A stretch of DNA of 64,000 nt from Halarcobacter sp. (GTDB taxonomy: Bacteria; Campylobacterota; Campylobacteria; Campylobacterales; Arcobacteraceae). The position numbers and the translations under genes were made by a program. Every line of letters begins with the position of its first letter. The first letter of the stretch is position 1. The stretch lies in the NCBI GenBank assembly GCA_048571215.1, contig CP182352.1, forward strand, positions 1,632,001-1,696,000, written 5' to 3'. Below, one piece after another: positions 59,226 to 64,000 of the stretch. The notes under the pieces were generated by a model. The model made no database searches, was not told the origin of the DNA, and was given only the letters and a program-made list of their open reading frames with translations.

Positions 59226-59911
59226 TATTTTACCTCAAATGAAATACTACTTTGAATAGTTATATTATTAACGTTTGGATCATTTATTTCACTTGAATAG
59301 TATTTTGCTGCTATTATTTGTAATCCACTTGATTTTACGGGTATATATGCTATACCAAATTTATTTGTTTTTACATCTAAGTCTTCATAATCAGATGTTT
59401 CAAAACCTGCATTTTCTAAAGCTTCACCATCTTTTAAAACTAATACTGGTAATTTTTCACCTTTTTTTATTTTTAAGGGATTTATTAAAGGGATAACTTC
59501 CATACTCAAACCTACTGGATTTATAAATTTATCACTCCAAGTGAAATATCTTTTCCCATATTTAATACTTTTTAGAGTATTAAAAACTATCCCCTTATAT
59601 TTACTTGGTTCAATATTTTTATACCCTTCATCTGTTTTAGTCCAATACCCTGCATCAAAAGATAATGCTATCATAGAAGGTTTTTTTGCCATAAATAACT
59701 CTGAACCTTTTGAATAATCAATACCTGTTTTTATCTCTTGATTATTTTCATCATATGCAGTTGCACCTTTTAGTTGTTTTACATCAAAACTATCATATTT
59801 TCCATGAGCCCAAAACTCGGCACTATAAACATTGTTATCTAGTTTTGCTGTTATTTGATGTGCAAATACAAAGCTAGACGTAAGTATTGCTAATAAAATT
59901 ATTTTTTTCAT
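59225..59911 (-). CDS. DUF4198 family periplasmic metal-uptake protein
   Basis: Signal peptide ending AH; GLSMEVIPLINP, LPVLVLKDG, KTNKFGIA. Start at ATG 59911 behind AGGAGA. Confidence 0.75.
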   Translation of the reverse strand: MKKIILLAILTSSFVFAHQITAKLDNNVYSAEFWAHGKYDSFDVKQLKGATAYDENNQEIKTGIDYSKGSELFMAKKPSMIALSFDAGYWTKTDEGYKNIEPSKYKGIVFNTLKSIKYGKRYFTWSDKFINPVGLSMEVIPLINPLKIKKGEKLPVLVLKDGEALENAGFETSDYEDLDVKTNKFGIAYIPVKSSGLQIIAAKYYSSEINDPNVNNITIQSSISFEVK

Positions 59912-60004
59912 TGTCTCTCCTATTGATTTTGAAAGGAGTTTATCATGTGAAATATAAGCAACAAATGAAATTATTTTTTTCTTATGTACTTTTAGAATTA
60001 AATT

Positions 60005-60019
60005 TGATAACAATTACTA
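60005..60019. promoter_or_regulatory. Fur-box-like site upstream of the DUF4198 operon
   Basis: TGATAAC-A-ATTACTA, 11/14 match to TGATAAT-N-ATTATCA. Confidence 0.4.
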
Positions 60020-60211
60020 AAATTATCTAAACTTTAAAGCTTTTTTATAAGATATAAAAATTATTTTTATTAAAAGCTATCATTTATATTATCTCTAGAG
60101 TTTGTAAAATTAAGGTTATGAAAATATTAAGAAAGTGAGATAAGGAGTTTTTTCTATTTTTTAATTTGATATAATATTGAAACTTAATAATCACAAAATA
60201 AAAAGTAAAAA

Positions 60212-60841
60212 TTAACCATTAAATGCATCATTAAAATTATCTAAAGTGATAACCTCACCGCTAATCATACTATCAATATGAATACCACCAATTCTAACTC
60301 TTACTAGTCTTAAGGTAGCAAAACCAACAGCAGCGGTCATTTTTCTTATTTGACGTTTTTTTCCTTCACAAAGAGTGATAGAGATCCAACTAGTAGGACC
60401 ATGTTTTGGATGACGAATATTACGACCGCGAGCAGGAAGTTTTGGATCATCCTCTAGGCTAAATACTTTGCAAGGAAGGGTTAAATATTTACTCCCAGAG
60501 ACAGTAATCTCAACGCCATTTTGTAGCTGTGATATTGCATCTTCTGTAATCTTTCCATCAACTTGAACATAGTATTCTTTTTCTATACCCTTATCTCTTA
60601 TTTTATGGCTCATCATACCATCAGTTGTAAGTAACAATAAACCTTCAGAATCATGATCTAATCGCCCAATAGTCATAGTCTTATTAGGGAAGTTAAATAG
60701 CTCCCCTAATAACTTTTTATTCTTTCGTTTTTCGGGTACAAACTGACTTAAAAAGCCATATGGTTTAAATATCTTAAAATGTTGGTGATTTTGTACCACC
60801 TCAGAAAGTTCTATTGAATTGTTTTGTTTAGTGTTTAGCAT
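60212..60841 (-). CDS. RsuA-family pseudouridine synthase (RluE-like)
   Basis: FKPYGFLSQF, GRLDHDSEGLLLLT, EGKKRQIRKMTAAVGFATLRLVR. Confidence 0.9.
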   Translation of the reverse strand: MLNTKQNNSIELSEVVQNHQHFKIFKPYGFLSQFVPEKRKNKKLLGELFNFPNKTMTIGRLDHDSEGLLLLTTDGMMSHKIRDKGIEKEYYVQVDGKITEDAISQLQNGVEITVSGSKYLTLPCKVFSLEDDPKLPARGRNIRHPKHGPTSWISITLCEGKKRQIRKMTAAVGFATLRLVRVRIGGIHIDSMISGEVITLDNFNDAFNG

Positions 60842-60848
60842 TAAATAT

Positions 60849-61262
60849 TTATTTGATGTTACATTCTTTATTAAACATTTTAGCTAAACTATCTCTTTGT
60901 AAATCTGCTTTCATCAACCTTTGATATTCTGCTTCATCATTATTCTTTTTGGCTTCAACTTTTGCCATAAATAATTGATAAGAATATATTGAATCATAAA
61001 CAAATAATTTTTTATCAATTTTATCTATCACTAATGCAGCACAATCACAATATTCTAACTCTTTTTTATTTTTAGCTTGTTTTTTACAAGTGCTTTTAAA
61101 CATCTTCTTTGATTTTTCAATTTGTCCATTTTTTAACATCTGTTCATACATCTCTTGATTTGCTTTGATTTTATAAAACTTATCTATATTCATAGATAAA
61201 ATGTCATTTCCAAAACATTGTAACGATACAAAAGCTATAAGAATTAAATATTTTATACCCAT
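60849..61262 (-). CDS. Hypothetical exported protein
   Basis: Signal peptide; YCDC plus other cysteines; AAGGA RBS. Confidence 0.7.
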   Translation of the reverse strand: MGIKYLILIAFVSLQCFGNDILSMNIDKFYKIKANQEMYEQMLKNGQIEKSKKMFKSTCKKQAKNKKELEYCDCAALVIDKIDKKLFVYDSIYSYQLFMAKVEAKKNNDEAEYQRLMKADLQRDSLAKMFNKECNIK

Positions 61263-61432
61263 TATTTTCCTTTTATTTTATACTTTAAAACAAGAGTATA
61301 ATACCACATACCAAGTTTAACTATTATAGTATCTTTTTGAGACTTAAATATCTTTATTAAAATAATAAAAATAGAAATAAAAAGATTTAATCTTTTACTT
61401 AAAAAAGTATTTTAAAGGCAACTTTTGAACTA

Positions 61433-61630
61433 TCAATTTTCTTTTCTCTTATTAATATTCTTTAAAAACTTTATTCCAAATATAATAGGAATTAGTGCAA
61501 TTAAAATTTGAATACCGCTTACAAAAAGTATTTTTTGAATAGGCCAATTATTTCCCATTGCACCAATAGCACTTAATAAAATTCCTACACCAAACGCGAT
61601 TAGTATAATTCCTATAGTTTTATTTGACAT
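61433..61630 (-). CDS. Small hypothetical two-TM protein
   Basis: MSNKTIGIILIAFG... behind an AAGGGG RBS. Confidence 0.6.
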   Translation of the reverse strand: MSNKTIGIILIAFGVGILLSAIGAMGNNWPIQKILFVSGIQILIALIPIIFGIKFLKNINKRKEN

Positions 61631-61965
61631 TCTATTTTCCCCTTTACATGAATATATATAATATTTAAAATGAGAAATCAAAAACCACGCAAGTTTTTGT
61701 TTATTTTCCTTTTTAATTATTATATATTTTCATAGTATTTACAATGCAATAACAATTAAAATCAAAAGTGAGAAAACAATACTCTGACTTTGCTACTAAT
61801 AATATCCAGTCGAAAGATATCAAATCCTTTTTCTTTTGCATAATCAGTTTCATCATCTTTTGATACGTATGTATATTTTATATCTAAAAATACTTAATAA
61901 TAATATTAAATATATAATTACTATATAAAGACTTTTTTAAATTTACATTTTTAAGTAGTAATTTC

Positions 61966-62022
61966 ATGGCAAAAAAATTATTAGAAGTAATGAGAGTAAT
62001 GAAAAATAAAATTCATCCTATT
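61966..62022 (+). pseudogene. Possible N-terminal remnant of an integron integrase
   Basis: Translates MAKKLLEVMR-VMK-NKIHPI, resembling two separated IntI N-terminal segments (KLL..[VM]R and NK.HP); very short. Confidence 0.3.
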
Positions 62023-62093
62023 AAGAATAATTTATGTCCCCAATTGTATAGCATATCGGGGGCAATACCGGTGCATTATTAAATTGCCAATTA

Positions 62094-63350
62094 TTAAGGT
62101 TTTTGCCAGTGACCAGTAATAGTAATCATGGAAAGTAATTTTAAAGTATTACCATAATAGTCTTCTTCATTGATAGATTTTTGATTTATATCCAACCACA
62201 AATCATCAAGCCATTCTTGGTTAGATTTATCTATTGTAGCAGCTACAGCAAACATTGATACAAAAGCCATTGAATCAAAGCCACTCTCTTCTGAATGTTT
62301 ACCATCCAAAGTATAAGTATCTGCAATATTCTTAGGGTCACCACCACTAGCTTTTTTGATCCAGTCATTAATTGGTACTAAAGCATCATATGCTCTTTGC
62401 TCATTGTAAAGTATATAATCAAGGGCAATACGCCAAGGGTAACGAACCGCATTCCAAGAGTACTCACCATCACTCTCACCCTCAATAAAATTAGCTTCTG
62501 CTGGTCGAGGATTATCAGAAACATCAACAATAAAGTCAGGAATTAAAGACGTATTCTGGCTGAAAGAATCACGAATATGATTTATGATTAAATAGGTTTG
62601 ATCCCTCACTAGATACCAACTATTATCTTCACTACTGTCAGCAAATGCTTTAAAATGTGAAACCATAAAATCGGAAGATCTCGTTGTTTGAGAATATTGA
62701 CCATCATCAACACGATCAACCCAGTCACCGATACGCACAAATTGATTTATAGGATCAATTTCCAACTGTTTAATTGCTGAAATAACCTTATCTGCCTCGT
62801 CTTTATAATTAATATCACCGGTACTCCCCCATTTACTATCAGCTAATAAAAGTGCATATGCAATATCGAGATCACCATCAGTAGCGCTATTATCTCCACC
62901 AACATCTTCACCTGCATTCTCACATGTTCTCAATTGATTCCAAGCCATTAAGCCTGGATTTGATTTTGCTGGATGGTCATGAAAAAAATACACCATACCA
63001 TTAAATATTTCTTGTGCATCAGGATCAAAACCCGCCATCATCACAGTAATCAACATACCATAACCATGTCCTTCAGAAATACTAAGCGTTGAATCTGCAG
63101 TTCCACCTTCTACAGCTTTACCATCTCCTGCTACATCAACATAATAGCGCCCTTCCCCACATCCTTGACGTAAATAAGTTGCTTTCCATTGTTGATAGAA
63201 GCCAATCAGCTGAGTATCGAGTTCTGCTTGTTCATAAGTAGGTTTAATAACTTCTAATTGTTTGCTATCACCTTGATTCATACTACCACCACATGCCACC
63301 AATACAAAACTTATTAAAACACTTATTAATATTTTATAGAAAATTTTCAT
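62094..63350 (-). CDS. Glycoside hydrolase family 8 lipoprotein
   Basis: LVAC lipobox; ISEGHGYGML, LMAW, SATDGDLDIAYALLLA, TRSSD, WNAVRYPWR, DYYGNTL. Confidence 0.92.
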   Translation of the reverse strand: MKIFYKILISVLISFVLVACGGSMNQGDSKQLEVIKPTYEQAELDTQLIGFYQQWKATYLRQGCGEGRYYVDVAGDGKAVEGGTADSTLSISEGHGYGMLITVMMAGFDPDAQEIFNGMVYFFHDHPAKSNPGLMAWNQLRTCENAGEDVGGDNSATDGDLDIAYALLLADSKWGSTGDINYKDEADKVISAIKQLEIDPINQFVRIGDWVDRVDDGQYSQTTRSSDFMVSHFKAFADSSEDNSWYLVRDQTYLIINHIRDSFSQNTSLIPDFIVDVSDNPRPAEANFIEGESDGEYSWNAVRYPWRIALDYILYNEQRAYDALVPINDWIKKASGGDPKNIADTYTLDGKHSEESGFDSMAFVSMFAVAATIDKSNQEWLDDLWLDINQKSINEEDYYGNTLKLLSMITITGHWQKP

Positions 63351-63903
63351 CTTGTTTACCCGTATTTCCTTTTAATGTGATTTAGGAATAGTAGCTTTTC
63401 AAATGGAAAGATTTCATCGTCATTTTTTCTGTAAAATACTAAATTACAGACCCTACAAATGATTCATCATCTTTTGCCTCATCCAAACTAGGCTTATTTC
63501 TGATTCTCTAAAATTAAAATTCAATTTCGTTCATGACTATACTTAGTGATTAACGTTTAACTAAGAACTAAATAGCATATCAACTAATTATATCTCTCAA
63601 AGACTTTGATATGTTTTTTGTTTTTATTTCCTAAAATATTACCAAGATAATATGAAAATAATATTACAAAAAATGATATCACAATATAATATGGAATTTT
63701 GTTTAGTTTTTCAGTAATCATTTTTTTGTTCTCTCAGTTTTATTTCATTTGATGAAGGTTTATAGTAATGTTTAGTATATAAGTAAATTTCCGATTAATA
63801 TCACACCAATAAATAATCCAAAGGGTAACTCAAATATTTTTCTCATACTTTTACCATTTATTATAATAAAATAATTTGATGGTCTCTTTTGATTTGTTAT
63901 ACC

Positions 63904-63981
63904 TTATTTTTTGGCTTTACCAGCTTCAAGTATCGGCAAATCTGCTTCAGTTGGAATATAAATACGTTCACCTTTACCATC
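63904..63981 (-). pseudogene. C-terminal fragment resembling SPFH/band-7-type membrane proteins
   Basis: DGKGERIYIPTEADLPILEAGKAKK*, preceded in frame by TAG. Confidence 0.45.
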
Positions 63982-64000
63982 CTAATGTTATACTATTATA

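Noticed and set aside
634..59496. Many short ORF-track entries antisense to or nested in longer genes (e.g. 634-867, 9411-9683, 13524-13973, 14286-14726, 21159-21611, 41157-41549, 52686-53021, 54258-54725)
   Set aside because: Shadow ORFs: F/L/S/I-rich translations expected from the reverse strand of AT-rich genes, with no recognisable motifs.
63380..63850. Coding genes upstream of the GH8 gene
   Set aside because: Only short, stop-interrupted frames with no recognisable family; treated as decayed sequence.

Overview
Very AT-rich bacterial chromosome segment, most likely from Campylobacterota, family Arcobacteraceae. The basis is the aroB-mscS-mtaB-ftsH-like-bioV-mog block, mutS2, and Campylobacterota-style chemoreceptor and kinase proteins. 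It holds about 55 protein-coding genes, mostly on the minus strand. I saw no rRNA, tRNA, CRISPR array, reverse transcriptase or prophage. A housekeeping core (about 19-40 kb) is flanked by accessory regions. Two 1330-bp IS256 copies encoding identical transposases lie in inverted orientation (15112-16441, 51311-52640). One splits the start codon off a membrane-protein gene; the other rewrites the C-terminus of a UvrD-like helicase. The strongest candidates for poorly described systems are: (i) two paralogous XRE genes, divergent across twin 18-bp palindromes from a His-less, lid-less pseudo-histidine-kinase and a chemoreceptor; (ii) an exported acetolactate decarboxylase fused to a Cache-like domain; (iii) a Tat-exported FccB-type sulfide dehydrogenase, Rieske protein and four-helix-type cytochrome c operon with an 11-bp repeat array in its promoter. 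Remnants absent from the ORF track include an ORF6N fragment with a 16-bp coding-sequence hairpin, a third slyD fragment, and what may be a decayed integron at the right end. All family assignments come from motif recognition by eye; no database searches were run.
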